64,000 nt of DNA, from the NCBI GenBank assembly GCA_017507855.1, contig JAFWAE010000015.1:1126-65125 (forward strand). Direction: 5' to 3'. The notes below the pieces were generated by a model. That model did not search any database, had not been told where the DNA came from, and saw only the letters and a program-made list of their open reading frames with translations. Both the position numbers and the translations under genes were made by a program. Of this stretch, positions 19,807-29,364 are shown piece after piece. Within the stretch, counting starts at the first letter, position 1, and each line of letters begins with the position of its first letter. The stretch is from Clostridia bacterium (lineage in GTDB: Bacteria > Bacillota > Clostridia > Oscillospirales > RGIG5554).

Positions 19807-21725
19807 CCCCCCTTTTCTTAAGTCGAGGGAACCAAAGGCTGTTGCTTCGCATCGGCATAGCTTTGGTCCTTTTTGCCGCAGTTCTGGTCATAGACAAAGG
19901 GATCCATCCCGCCTCCTGCTACCAAGGTCCTTGGGCATGGCTGTTTCCCCTGCTTCTCTACGGCGGGGTGTACGTACTCATCGGCTATGATATTTGGTTC
20001 AAAGCGGCGCGGCATCTGCGTCACGGACAAGCGCTGGACGAAAACTTTCTGATGTGCATCGCTTCCCTGGGCGCTTTCGGCTTAGGGCTGTACAAGATCC
20101 ACTTGGGTCAAGGGGCAGAGGGCTTTGACGAAGGCTGTGCCGTACTTCTTTTTTATCAGCTTGGTGAATTTTTTCAAAATTACGCCACCCAACGCTCCCG
20201 AAACTCCATCTCCCACCTCATGGACCTGTGCCCTCAGCAGGCACGCGTTTTGCGGGAAGGCCTTTTTTGCACTGTGGATCCCGCCTCAGTACGTCCGGGG
20301 GAGATCATAGCGGTAAATCCCGGCGAAAGGATCCCCTTGGACGGCACAGTGCTGCAGGGCTGTTCCTCTGTTGACAACCGCGCTTTAAACGGGGAGTCCT
20401 GCCCAACGGAGGTAGAGGCAGGACAAGAGGTGCTTAGCGGCGGCGTCAACTTGACGGAGCGGCTGGAGATTCGCGTGACCAAAGAATATGAAAACTCTAC
20501 CGTAGCCAAAATTTTAGAACTGGTGGAAAACGCCTCTTCCCAAAAATCCGAGACCGAACGTTTTATTACCCGTTTTGCCCGCTACTATACCCCCCTCGTC
20601 GTGGGGTTGGCCGCCGCTCTTTTTCTTCTGCCGGGGCTTCTTACCCGCGACTGGGGCACTTGGTTGTACCGTGCGTTAAATTTTCTGGTGGTCTCCTGCC
20701 CCTGCGCGTTGGTCATTTCCGTACCTATGTCTTTTTTTGTCGGCATAGGAGCCGCTTCCCGCGCCCATGTTCTGGTCAAAGGATCGGATCATTTGGAAAA
20801 GCTGGCTCGAAACGGGATCTTTGTGTTTGACAAAACCGGCACGCTGACTCAAGGCTCCTTTTTCGTCACAGGGGTCTGCCCCAAAGAACGGCAGGAAGAG
20901 CTGCTTCGATTGGCCGCCATTGCAGAAAACGGCTCCGTGCACCCCATTGCCAAGGCCATTTTGGAACGTTGCTCTCCCGAGGAGGAAGGGTATCGTTTGT
21001 ACACCCAAGCGGGCTTTGGCGTTATTGCGGAAAAAGAAAAAGAACAGATCGTTTGCGGAAATGAAAAGCTGCTTCGCTCTTTAAAGATCGAATTCCCCAA
21101 AGAAGAAACAACCCAAACAGCCGTGCTGGTGGCCCATAACGGTATTTATCGGGGAAAAATTTTCGTCTCCGACCGATTGCGCAAAGAAAGTGCGGACGTG
21201 ATCCGCGCCCTGCATACAGCGGGCAACCGCACCGTCATGCTTACGGGAGACCGGGCCGAAGTAGCTCGGCAAGTAGCTGCCCAAGCAGGAATCCTGGCTG
21301 TAGAAGCCTCCTTGCTTCCCCATCAAAAGGTGGAGACCGTAGAACTTCTGTTACAGCAAAGATCCCCGCGGCAGATCCTCTGCTTCGTGGGCGACGGGAT
21401 TAACGACGCCCCCGCCCTCATGCGGGCGGACGTTGGCATTGCCATGGGCATGGGCGGAAGCGATGCCGCTATGGAGGCCGCCGACGTCGTGCTGATGCAG
21501 AACGATCTTCGCGGGCTTCTCACCGTTCAAAAAATTGCCCGCAAGACCATGGCGGTGGTCAGGCAGAACGTGGTGTTTTCTCTGGGGATCAAGGGGAGCA
21601 TCCTTTTGCTTTCTGCCTTGGGAATGGCCAATATGTGGATGGCTGTGTTTGGCGACGTGGGCGTGGCTATACTGGCCGTTTGTAATGCTTTTCGCGTAAA
21701 TCGAATGCCGCCAAAAGCATTGTAA
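19803..21725 (+). CDS. P1B-type heavy-metal (Cd/Zn-type) translocating ATPase
   Basis: CPC motif (SCPCALVIS), DKTGTLT, HP (SVHPIAKA), GDGINDAP. No N-terminal HMA of its own. Confidence 0.9.
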   Translation: MTPLFLSRGNQRLLLRIGIALVLFAAVLVIDKGIHPASCYQGPWAWLFPLLLYGGVYVLIGYDIWFKAARHLRHGQALDENFLMCIASLGAFGLGLYKIHLGQGAEGFDEGCAVLLFYQLGEFFQNYATQRSRNSISHLMDLCPQQARVLREGLFCTVDPASVRPGEIIAVNPGERIPLDGTVLQGCSSVDNRALNGESCPTEVEAGQEVLSGGVNLTERLEIRVTKEYENSTVAKILELVENASSQKSETERFITRFARYYTPLVVGLAAALFLLPGLLTRDWGTWLYRALNFLVVSCPCALVISVPMSFFVGIGAASRAHVLVKGSDHLEKLARNGIFVFDKTGTLTQGSFFVTGVCPKERQEELLRLAAIAENGSVHPIAKAILERCSPEEEGYRLYTQAGFGVIAEKEKEQIVCGNEKLLRSLKIEFPKEETTQTAVLVAHNGIYRGKIFVSDRLRKESADVIRALHTAGNRTVMLTGDRAEVARQVAAQAGILAVEASLLPHQKVETVELLLQQRSPRQILCFVGDGINDAPALMRADVGIAMGMGGSDAAMEAADVVLMQNDLRGLLTVQKIARKTMAVVRQNVVFSLGIKGSILLLSALGMANMWMAVFGDVGVAILAVCNAFRVNRMPPKAL

Positions 21726-21825
21726 AAGCCACGGGGGCTTCCGTTCGCAACGCCGATCCGATCCCCTTTCTTTGCCATAAATCTTGGACTGCTTGCAAAA
21801 AAATAATTTAGTTGGATTTGTCTGT

Positions 21826-21866
21826 AAAAAAGGCACTTACGGTTTTTGCCATAAGTGCCTTTTTGT
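21826..21866 (+). terminator. intrinsic terminator after the ATPase gene
   Basis: AGGCACTTA (12-nt loop) TAAGTGCCT followed by TTTTGTTG. Confidence 0.7.
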
Positions 21867-22027
21867 TGCTTTTGCCTTTGTATTGTAATCCTAATTCAGA
21901 CCTACGAAGCACTGCCTTGGTGAACACAAATGCAAAATACGGCATACCTCTTTCGAAATATCCCGTACTTTTTGAAAACTGCTCTTTAGGGCACGCCCCT
22001 ATATATTCTCTTTTCCGGGCGGATGAC

Positions 22028-22801
22028 TCACTTTTTTTGCAGGCAAACCACTCTTTGTATCCCGTTCAGATCCTTTCGGCAGGTCAATACCTGTAAGCCT
22101 GCCTCCTCGCCCAAGGCGCACACCGCCTCAGCCTGATCGTAGCCTATCTCCAACAAGATCAGCCCGCCGTCAACCAAGGAAACCGGATATTGCCGAATAA
22201 TAGCGCGGTAAAAATCCAGTCCGTCCTCGCCACCGTCCAGCGCCAGCATGGGCTCGCGGCGCACCTCGGCCTGCAGGGAAGCCAGCTCTCTTCGGGCAAT
22301 ATACGGAGGATTTGAGATCACCGCATCCCAAGGGCCTTGGGCAATCCCTGCCCCTTGCTTCATATCCCCCTCAAACCAATGCACGTCGGCACGGTGAAGG
22401 GCCGCATTTTGGGAAGCCACCTGCAAAGCTTCGGCAGAGATATCACAAGCAAACGCTTCCATGCCCTCCAGGGCCAGGCTAACGGAAATGCAACCGCTTC
22501 CCGCCCCCAGCTCCAGCACACGGGCTTGGACGGGCAACAGCTCAAGCGCCGTATCCACCAGCAGCTCCGTATCTGCCCGCGGGATCAATACGCGGGAGTC
22601 TACCAGCATACGAAGGCCCCGAAATTCCCATTCGCCGAAAATATATTGCAGCGGCTCTCCGCCCAGGCGGCGCTCCATGGCCCCGCGCAAAGCCTTTTCA
22701 TCTTCCCCATACTGGCGAAGCATTTGCTTGGCTTCAAACTCTGCCGCCTCTACCCCGCCTTCGGCCAAGGTTTGAGCGATCTGCCTATACGTCAAGCTCA
22801 A
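22028..22801 (-). CDS. prmC: release-factor glutamine N5-methyltransferase
   Basis: NPPY motif (VISNPPYIA), SAM motif VLELGAGSGC. Start set to an in-frame TTG overlapping the mutY stop (cTTGAgc). Confidence 0.85.
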   Translation of the reverse strand: MSLTYRQIAQTLAEGGVEAAEFEAKQMLRQYGEDEKALRGAMERRLGGEPLQYIFGEWEFRGLRMLVDSRVLIPRADTELLVDTALELLPVQARVLELGAGSGCISVSLALEGMEAFACDISAEALQVASQNAALHRADVHWFEGDMKQGAGIAQGPWDAVISNPPYIARRELASLQAEVRREPMLALDGGEDGLDFYRAIIRQYPVSLVDGGLILLEIGYDQAEAVCALGEEAGLQVLTCRKDLNGIQRVVCLQKK

Positions 22802-23853
22802 GCGTCTTCCTCCTCCAACAATTTCATGGCCACACGAACGTATTGGCGCAGGGCCGAAGGGAAGGCCAAATGGTTTTCCAATTCCTCTCTTCCTGCCCAA
22901 ACGACCCCGTCGGGAGGGCAAAGCTCCTCCCCTTTGAAGGCATAGGCCCGCATATGCCATTCCAGGTGGGAAAATAGGTGCTCAGCCTCTCCTAAAAATG
23001 CTACCGTTCCATGTGGAACAAATTCTTCAGCTTGCCGGAAGGTCAAATGCCCCTTCACCCACGGAAATTCCCATAAATTGGCCAAAAGTCCGCGAGACGG
23101 TCGCTTTTGGACCGCCACCTTCCCGCGGCAGACGTATAATAAAAACGTCTTTTCCTCCTTGCGACGGGGCTTGGCTGCCCCTCGCACGGGGAGCTGTTGC
23201 TCGATCCCCTCGGCGCGAGCCAGGCAAAAAGACTGCACAGGGCATTCCTCGCAACGGGGGGCTGCCGCAGGAATGCACACCAATGCTCCCAGCTCCATCA
23301 ACGCCTGGTTGAAATCTCCCACCCGCTGAAAGGGGAGTACCTCTTCCAACAGCAACTTTTCCGTATCCTTGCGCACTTGCGGCAATAAAATATCCCGAAA
23401 ATCTCCCTGCAAGCGGGCAAACACCCGCAGCACGTTGCCGTCCACCGCCGGGGCGCGCACGCCAAAGCCGATAGAGGCCACCGAACCCGCACAGTACGGC
23501 CCGATCCCGGGCAAGGTGCGCAGCACCGCAGGGTCAGAAGGCAAAACGCCCCCGTAATCTTCCACCACCACTTTGGCGGCGCGGTGCAGATTGCGGGCGC
23601 GCGAATAATAGCCCAATCCCTCCCAGGCCTTAAGCACCTCGTCCTCTTGGGCCGAGGCCAATGCCTGAAAAGAAGGAAAACGAGCCAAAAAAGCCTTGTA
23701 TTTGGGAATGACCGTGTCCACACGGGTCTGCTGCAACATCAACTCGCTGACCAGCGTACCGTAAGGAGAAGGCTCGGTGCGCCAGGGAAGCACCCTTGCA
23801 CGGCTGTCATACCACGCCAAAAGGGCCGCGGCTAAGGCGTCCGCGTTATTCAT
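22798..23853 (-). CDS. mutY: A/G-specific adenine DNA glycosylase
   Basis: Trimmed to MNNADALAAALLAWY. HhH-GPD LPGIGPYCAGSVAS, Fe-S cluster loop CIPAAAPRCEECPVQSFC, NUDIX-like C-terminal domain. Confidence 0.88.
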   Translation of the reverse strand: MNNADALAAALLAWYDSRARVLPWRTEPSPYGTLVSELMLQQTRVDTVIPKYKAFLARFPSFQALASAQEDEVLKAWEGLGYYSRARNLHRAAKVVVEDYGGVLPSDPAVLRTLPGIGPYCAGSVASIGFGVRAPAVDGNVLRVFARLQGDFRDILLPQVRKDTEKLLLEEVLPFQRVGDFNQALMELGALVCIPAAAPRCEECPVQSFCLARAEGIEQQLPVRGAAKPRRKEEKTFLLYVCRGKVAVQKRPSRGLLANLWEFPWVKGHLTFRQAEEFVPHGTVAFLGEAEHLFSHLEWHMRAYAFKGEELCPPDGVVWAGREELENHLAFPSALRQYVRVAMKLLEEEDA

Positions 23854-24847
23854 GCGCCGCTTCTTCCCCACTTTGCTCCGCAGGCTCTTCCACCGGGCGG
23901 AAGGGAGCCCCGTTCTCCAGTTCCAAACAAGCATTCAACGCCGCAATGCCCACCTCAAGCTGTGCTTGATCGGGAGTGCGGGCAGTCAAACGCTGCATCA
24001 GCATACCGGGCAAGGAAAACAGGCGAGTCAACGCATTGTCATAACGGCCGGCCAGACGAAGCAATTCGTAGCTGATTCCCATAATTAGCGGCAAGATCAG
24101 CATTTTCAGCAAAGAACGTACCAATAGGCTACCCCAGCTGATCTGCAATACCGACGTAACCAAGATCCCCACCAGCATCACAATAAACATAAAGTTGGTA
24201 CCGCAACGGGGATGCATTACCCGAAACGTCTGCGCATTTTCGGGAGTCAACGGCAAGCCGTTTTCAAAGCAATGAATGCTTTTATGCTCTGCACCATGGT
24301 ATTCAAACGTGCGCCGAATATCCTTCATGGCAGATACGGCGGCCACGTACCCCACAAAGATCCCAATCTTGATCAAGCCCTCCATCAAATTGCGCAACCA
24401 GGCAACGGGTTGCCAGGAAAGCAGGGCGCAAATTCCCTTCACCGCTGCCGCGGGCAGGAAAATGAACAGCCCCACCGCCAACAGCAAACCAAGGGCGATT
24501 CCTGTAAAGGTCACCAAGGACGTGGCTTTGGCCCCCAGCTTCTTTTCCAACCACAGCTCGAATTTGGAAGGCTCTTCCTCCTCCAGCCCCAGAGCATCGG
24601 AAGAATAGGTAATGGTCTTCATTCCCAAAGCCAGCATTTCAATAAAATTGACCACACCGCGGATCACGGGCCAGCCTAAAAACTTATACTGATCCCGCAC
24701 GCTTTTCAGCGGGTGGGTGGTAACGCGGATATGCCCGTCGGGCATGCGAAGGGCCACCGCGTAGCCGCGCTTGCCTTTCATCATCACGCCTTCGATTAGG
24801 GCTTGACCGCCGATATAGGTCCTTGTTACACAGGCCTCTTTTTTCAT
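23846..24847 (-). CDS. DUF1385-family membrane protein (YqhQ-like)
   Basis: YIGGQALIEGVMMKG...EYHGAEHK...HPRCGTNF pattern, as I recall for DUF1385. This family usually neighbours prmC. Confidence 0.7.
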   Translation of the reverse strand: MKKEACVTRTYIGGQALIEGVMMKGKRGYAVALRMPDGHIRVTTHPLKSVRDQYKFLGWPVIRGVVNFIEMLALGMKTITYSSDALGLEEEEPSKFELWLEKKLGAKATSLVTFTGIALGLLLAVGLFIFLPAAAVKGICALLSWQPVAWLRNLMEGLIKIGIFVGYVAAVSAMKDIRRTFEYHGAEHKSIHCFENGLPLTPENAQTFRVMHPRCGTNFMFIVMLVGILVTSVLQISWGSLLVRSLLKMLILPLIMGISYELLRLAGRYDNALTRLFSLPGMLMQRLTARTPDQAQLEVGIAALNACLELENGAPFRPVEEPAEQSGEEAAHE

Positions 24848-25713
24848 TTGCTTTCTCCTTTTTTCTTAAAACAAAGCTTCATGACCGCAGGAGCACCCGC
24901 CGCAAACCAAATTCCCAACGCCCCATAGCGGATCACGTGGGAAAGGTCATTGTACGGAAGCACGGCTTTGATGCCCACCATGATCAGTCCCAGCCCGGCA
25001 AAACCGATAACTGCCTTGCCGATCTGAACGGGAAGGGGGGCCTTGGCCTCAAAGCAAATGTATTTGCGCTCGATCCACAAGCCCACGGTCACACCGATGG
25101 ACAGTGCCCCTGCCTTTATGGGATCACTCAAGGCATCTCCCGTTGCCCCCGTTAAAAGGGCCGTCGCCAGACTCATAAAGGGGGGTAAAAGGCTGAACCA
25201 CAGCAAAGCGGGACGTTTTTCCACCTGCGCGAAAAACCAACGGAACAGGAAAAACACAGCAATAGCCAAGGCAACGCCTGCCAGCACATCCTCCAGCGTA
25301 TGTACTGCCAAATAGATACGGGACATGGGCACCAAAACCACGGGTAGCCAAAGCAAAAGCTTCCACCCCAAACGCTTGGTGTAGGAAGATAGCCAGATAA
25401 ACAGCTGAGACGCTGTCAAAGAATGGTTGCTGGGAAAGGAATATCCCGTGGCGGTATGCTTGCGAAGCACCCGTAAGGACGGATCGCGGTCAAAGGGGCG
25501 GGGAATTTGAAAAATGTTTTTCAGCATCAGCCCCAAAGAAGCGCCACAGGTCAAAGACAAACCGCCCAGCGCTCCTGCTTTTTTATCGATGCACCAATAG
25601 GTCAAGGCCAATACGGCCACGGCAATGCCCTGCTCTCCCAGCAAGGTCACTCCTTCAAAAAAGACGTCCCAAAAAGGAGCGATCAGTTTTTGAAAAAAAT
25701 AGATGGCGCCCAT
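24844..25713 (-). CDS. PAP2-family phosphatase (membrane)
   Basis: Trimmed to ATG 25713 behind AGGAG. PAP2 motifs KxxxxxxRP (KNIFQIPRP), PSNHS, SRIYLAVHTLEDV. Confidence 0.7.
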   Translation of the reverse strand: MGAIYFFQKLIAPFWDVFFEGVTLLGEQGIAVAVLALTYWCIDKKAGALGGLSLTCGASLGLMLKNIFQIPRPFDRDPSLRVLRKHTATGYSFPSNHSLTASQLFIWLSSYTKRLGWKLLLWLPVVLVPMSRIYLAVHTLEDVLAGVALAIAVFFLFRWFFAQVEKRPALLWFSLLPPFMSLATALLTGATGDALSDPIKAGALSIGVTVGLWIERKYICFEAKAPLPVQIGKAVIGFAGLGLIMVGIKAVLPYNDLSHVIRYGALGIWFAAGAPAVMKLCFKKKGESK

Positions 25714-25736
25714 ATACAAACTCCTTTTTTGCAAGA

Positions 25737-27083
25737 TCAACGGCTCAGCAAACAGCAAGCCTCCACCCGTGAGGTATGGGGCATCATGTCAAAGGGGGTG
25801 ATCTGCTGTAAAGAATAGCCCTTTTTCAATAGCAGAGGCAGATCCCTGGCCAAAGTAGCAGGGTTGCAGGAAATATATACGATACGCTTGGGATGGGCCG
25901 AAGCCACAGCATCCAGCTCTTTTTTAGAGCATCCGCCGCGGGGCGGATCCAAAAACAACGCGTCGGGGGTCCGTTCCTTTAACAGCTGGGGCAGTAGGTT
26001 GCGGCAGTCGCCGTGCATAAAATCCACCAGTTGAATATGGTTGGCGGAAGCGCTTTCCCGCGCTACCTGCACCGAGGTCGCTTCGATCTCGATCCCCGTC
26101 ATGCGGTACCCTTTTGAAGCCAGCTGCAAAGACAAAAGTCCAATACCGCAATAGGCGTCGATCCCGCGGCCGTTCCGGGGAATGTCCGCATATAAGGCCG
26201 CCTGGTCGTACAGGCGTACAGCTTGGGCGTTGTTGACCTGGGTGAATACGCTGGGCGTTAGGCGCACTTCAATGTTGCCTACACGTTCGCGCACGTAGCC
26301 GCTCCCCAAAATGGTACGGGTCTGGCGTCCCAAAAGGCTTCCGGCTCCATTGCCCAGATTTTCCGCCACTGTGGTGGCCGCCCCCGCCTCGATCAGGGCT
26401 GCCGCCAGGCGATCCAACCGACCGCGGGGATTTTCCGCGCACACCAACACGATCATCATGTCGTCATAGCTTTCCGAGCAACGGAAGGCCGCGTGATGGA
26501 TCAAGCCACCATCCCCACGCGTGCGGCAAAACAGCTCCTTAAAAGGTGTCGCCACACGGCAAAACAGTTCTGCCGCCTCTAAAATGCGGGGACTGCAAAT
26601 AGCGCAGGAGGAAAACGGCACGGGATTATGGGTTCCACGGGCATAAAAGCCCACTTTGACTCCTTCCTCTGTACGGGAAACGGGCAACTGCACGCGATTG
26701 CGATATCCTTCCGTAACGGGCGAGGCAACGCAGGGCAAAACAAGCTCCTCCGCATTTTTCAGCTTGCCGATATGAGAAAGCGCCTGAACCAAAATGCGAC
26801 GCTTGACCTCTAGTTGATACGCATAAGCCGCATGGCCGAATTCACAGCCGCCGCAGTTTCCATACAACTCGCAAGGCGGCTCAGCGCGAAAAGGGGAGGG
26901 CGTGTGCAAATGGGCACAAACGCCTCTTGCATAATTTTTCTCCACGGCCGTGATCAATACCTCGCAGGTCTCTCCGGCCAGCACGCCGGGCACAAAAACC
27001 ACCATGCCGTCTGCACGGGCGACCCCCATGCCACGCTCCGTTTCCGAATCCATCGTCAAACGGATCACAGATCCCTGATTCAC
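25737..27083 (-). CDS. rlmD: 23S rRNA (uracil-5)-methyltransferase, RlmD/RumA type
   Basis: TRAM domain N-terminus, Cys cluster (CELYGNCGGC), SAM fold DAYCGIGL, FLDPPRGG, catalytic ISCNP. Confidence 0.85.
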   Translation of the reverse strand: MNQGSVIRLTMDSETERGMGVARADGMVVFVPGVLAGETCEVLITAVEKNYARGVCAHLHTPSPFRAEPPCELYGNCGGCEFGHAAYAYQLEVKRRILVQALSHIGKLKNAEELVLPCVASPVTEGYRNRVQLPVSRTEEGVKVGFYARGTHNPVPFSSCAICSPRILEAAELFCRVATPFKELFCRTRGDGGLIHHAAFRCSESYDDMMIVLVCAENPRGRLDRLAAALIEAGAATTVAENLGNGAGSLLGRQTRTILGSGYVRERVGNIEVRLTPSVFTQVNNAQAVRLYDQAALYADIPRNGRGIDAYCGIGLLSLQLASKGYRMTGIEIEATSVQVARESASANHIQLVDFMHGDCRNLLPQLLKERTPDALFLDPPRGGCSKKELDAVASAHPKRIVYISCNPATLARDLPLLLKKGYSLQQITPFDMMPHTSRVEACCLLSR

Positions 27084-27101
27084 AAGCCAAGCCTCCCTTC
27101 T

Positions 27102-27593
27102 TTAAAAGATCTTCGTTTGGGGAGTTTCTCCCAACCCCTCAAACCCATGTTGGCGAAACGCCTCGTACACGGCCACCGCCACACTGTTGGACAAATTCAA
27201 ACTGCGCATGGATTCCCGCATGGGGATGCGCACGGTGTGCTCGGGGTGTTGGCGAAGCAACTCCTCGGGCAGACCCGCCGTTTCCTTGCCAAATACCAAA
27301 AAGGCTTCGTCCGGGTACACCGCATCCGAATGCGTGTGCAGGCCCTTAGTGGAAAAGAAAAACAGTTCCTTGCCCTTGGCGTATTCCATAAAATCTGCCA
27401 GACTTTGGTGATGGTGCAGATCCAGCTCTCCCCAGTAATCCAGCCCCGCACGCTTCAGCTTTGCATCGGTAATGGTAAAGCCCAAAGGGTGCACCAAATG
27501 CAGGGAAGCTCCCGTCACGGAGCACGTGCGGGCAATATTTCCTGTATTCTGCGGAATTTCGGGTTCCACCAAAACAATGTGAAAATGCGCCAC
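27102..27593 (-). CDS. trmL: tRNA (cytidine/uridine-2'-O)-methyltransferase, SpoU/TrmL type
   Basis: MAHFHIVLVEPEIPQNTGNIARTC...RIPM...RSLNLSNSVAVAVYEA. Confidence 0.8.
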   Translation of the reverse strand: MAHFHIVLVEPEIPQNTGNIARTCSVTGASLHLVHPLGFTITDAKLKRAGLDYWGELDLHHHQSLADFMEYAKGKELFFFSTKGLHTHSDAVYPDEAFLVFGKETAGLPEELLRQHPEHTVRIPMRESMRSLNLSNSVAVAVYEAFRQHGFEGLGETPQTKIF

Positions 27594-27608
27594 AAAGACT
27601 TCCCCTTT

Positions 27609-28637
27609 TTACTCGAAAATTCCTCCGAAGGCCACCCAATCATCCCGGTAAAACACCGCAGATTGGCCCGGAGTGACCGCCCGCTGAGGCGTGTCAAAAA
27701 GAACCTCTGCCCCCTGCTCCCCATGCCTTAACGTACAGGGTACCGCAGGAGCGGCAGAACGGATCTTGATATAAAAACGCTCGCCGTCTTCAAAGGAGGC
27801 CACCCCTCCAAAGTGAAGCTGTCCCACCTTTGCCGAGGGCATGTATTCCTCCCTCGCACGGCCCAGCACTACTTGGTTGGCCTGTGCATCGATCTTCAGC
27901 ACAAACATGGGTTCACCCAACGCAATGCCCAAACCCTTCCGCTGGCCGATGGTGTAGCGGATAATGCCGCGGTGCTTTCCCAGCACGCGGCCTTGAGTGT
28001 CCACAAAATTCCCCTGCGGAAAAGCTCCGCGCAGGGATTCGATATAAGAAGCATGGTCCCCGTCCGGCAAAAAGCAGATCTCCTGACTGTCGGGGGCTTC
28101 TGCACAGGAAAGGCCCCATTTTCGGGCCAATTCCCGCACAGCGGGCTTTTCCAATTCTGTCAACGGCAAATGCAATTGGGCCAATTGGGTCTGTGTCAGG
28201 CCCCATAGCATATAACTTTGGTCCTTGGGCCCGGGAGAGCGGCGCACGGCCAAGCGGCCGTTTACCGAGGTCTTCCCTGCATAATGGCCGGTAGCGATCC
28301 CGTCGAACCCATTTTTTTGCGCAGCCTGCAACAACCCCTCAAATTTAACGTAGCGGTTGCAAAGCACGCAGGGATTGGGGGTCTTCCCCAGGCAATACTG
28401 CTCTACGAAGGACTCCCTCACCACTCGGTCAAACAGAGCGGTTTGGTCTTCCACGATCAAAGGAATGCCCAGCTGCTCGGCAGCCGCTTTCGCACCGGAA
28501 AGGTCACTATAAGGATGCATGCGCAGACAAACACCCGCTATCTCCAACCCTTGCTCCTGCAATAAGCGCGCCGCCACAGCGCTGTCCACCCCTCCGCTCA
28601 GGCCTACCAGTATTTTAGTGGCCATCGCAAGTGGCAC
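27609..28637 (-). CDS. mnmA: tRNA 2-thiouridine(34) synthase
   Basis: PP-loop LVGLSGGVDSAVAA, TPNPCVLCNRYVKF, ATGHYA. Confidence 0.92.
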   Translation of the reverse strand: MPLAMATKILVGLSGGVDSAVAARLLQEQGLEIAGVCLRMHPYSDLSGAKAAAEQLGIPLIVEDQTALFDRVVRESFVEQYCLGKTPNPCVLCNRYVKFEGLLQAAQKNGFDGIATGHYAGKTSVNGRLAVRRSPGPKDQSYMLWGLTQTQLAQLHLPLTELEKPAVRELARKWGLSCAEAPDSQEICFLPDGDHASYIESLRGAFPQGNFVDTQGRVLGKHRGIIRYTIGQRKGLGIALGEPMFVLKIDAQANQVVLGRAREEYMPSAKVGQLHFGGVASFEDGERFYIKIRSAAPAVPCTLRHGEQGAEVLFDTPQRAVTPGQSAVFYRDDWVAFGGIFE

Positions 28638-29052
28638 AATGGCCGCCGCAACCCTTGGGCATGGCAGCCTCGGGGGGCGTTTCGCCGCGACGGATGTAGT
28701 AATCTGCCACAGCGGCTTTCACAGCCTCCTCTGCCAGCACCGAGCAATGCACCTTGGCGGGAGGCAGTCCGTCCAACGCATCCACAACGGCCTTGTTGGT
28801 CAATTCCAACGCCTCTTCCACACGTTTGCCCTTGATCATTTCCGTGGCCATAGAGGAGGTAGCCACGGCGGCACCGCAGCCAAAGGTCTTAAATTTCACA
28901 TCCACGATCACACCGTCGCGGATGTCCAAGTAGATCTTCATGATGTCTCCGCACTTGGCGTTGCCCACCTCGCCTACACCGTTCGCGTTTTCCAAAGCGC
29001 CCACGTTGCGGGGGTTGGCAAAATGGTCCATTACTTTTTCACTGTAGTCCAT
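28615..29052 (-). CDS. nifU: Fe-S cluster scaffold protein NifU/IscU type
   Basis: GNAKCGDIM...FKTFGCGAAVATSS...HCSVLAEEA. C-terminal Cys-rich extension. Confidence 0.9.
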   Translation of the reverse strand: MDYSEKVMDHFANPRNVGALENANGVGEVGNAKCGDIMKIYLDIRDGVIVDVKFKTFGCGAAVATSSMATEMIKGKRVEEALELTNKAVVDALDGLPPAKVHCSVLAEEAVKAAVADYYIRRGETPPEAAMPKGCGGHCATCDGH

Positions 29053-29088
29053 GTTGTTATCCTTCCTTGCTGTCTATGTAAAAAGAAT

Positions 29089-29343
29089 TTATTTGCAAAG
29101 CTTTCGGCTGACCAACAGCGCCAGCACGATACAAAGCACCGTTCCTACGGTCAAATGCAGATCCAGCCCCAGCGTAAAGGTGATGATGCCCAGGTTCAGC
29201 ACGGCGGGCCCGCCAATGCCGAAATGCTGACCGTAATTCAGCCAACTGAGCCACTCCACCTGCGCGGTGACCGATTCCAACAAAGAGCCGAGCACCACCC
29301 CTGTACAAAGGCAGAGCAAAAGCCATAAGGTTTTTCCCTTCAT
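29089..29343 (-). CDS. small 2-TM membrane protein (DUF4321-like)
   Basis: 84-aa hydrophobic ORF lying between nifS and nifU. Confidence 0.5.
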   Translation of the reverse strand: MKGKTLWLLLCLCTGVVLGSLLESVTAQVEWLSWLNYGQHFGIGGPAVLNLGIITFTLGLDLHLTVGTVLCIVLALLVSRKLCK

Positions 29344-29364
29344 CGTCGCACCCTCCGAAAACGT

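Noticed and set aside
21726-22027. dif/XerCD site at the strand-switch gap
   Set aside because: Only a TATATATTCT stretch is present. No conserved XerD arm (TTATGTnAAnT-like) is visible.
21812-22096. 94-aa + strand ORF in the convergent gap
   Set aside because: It starts within the ATPase terminator region, has no SD and runs into the 3' end of prmC on the opposite strand.
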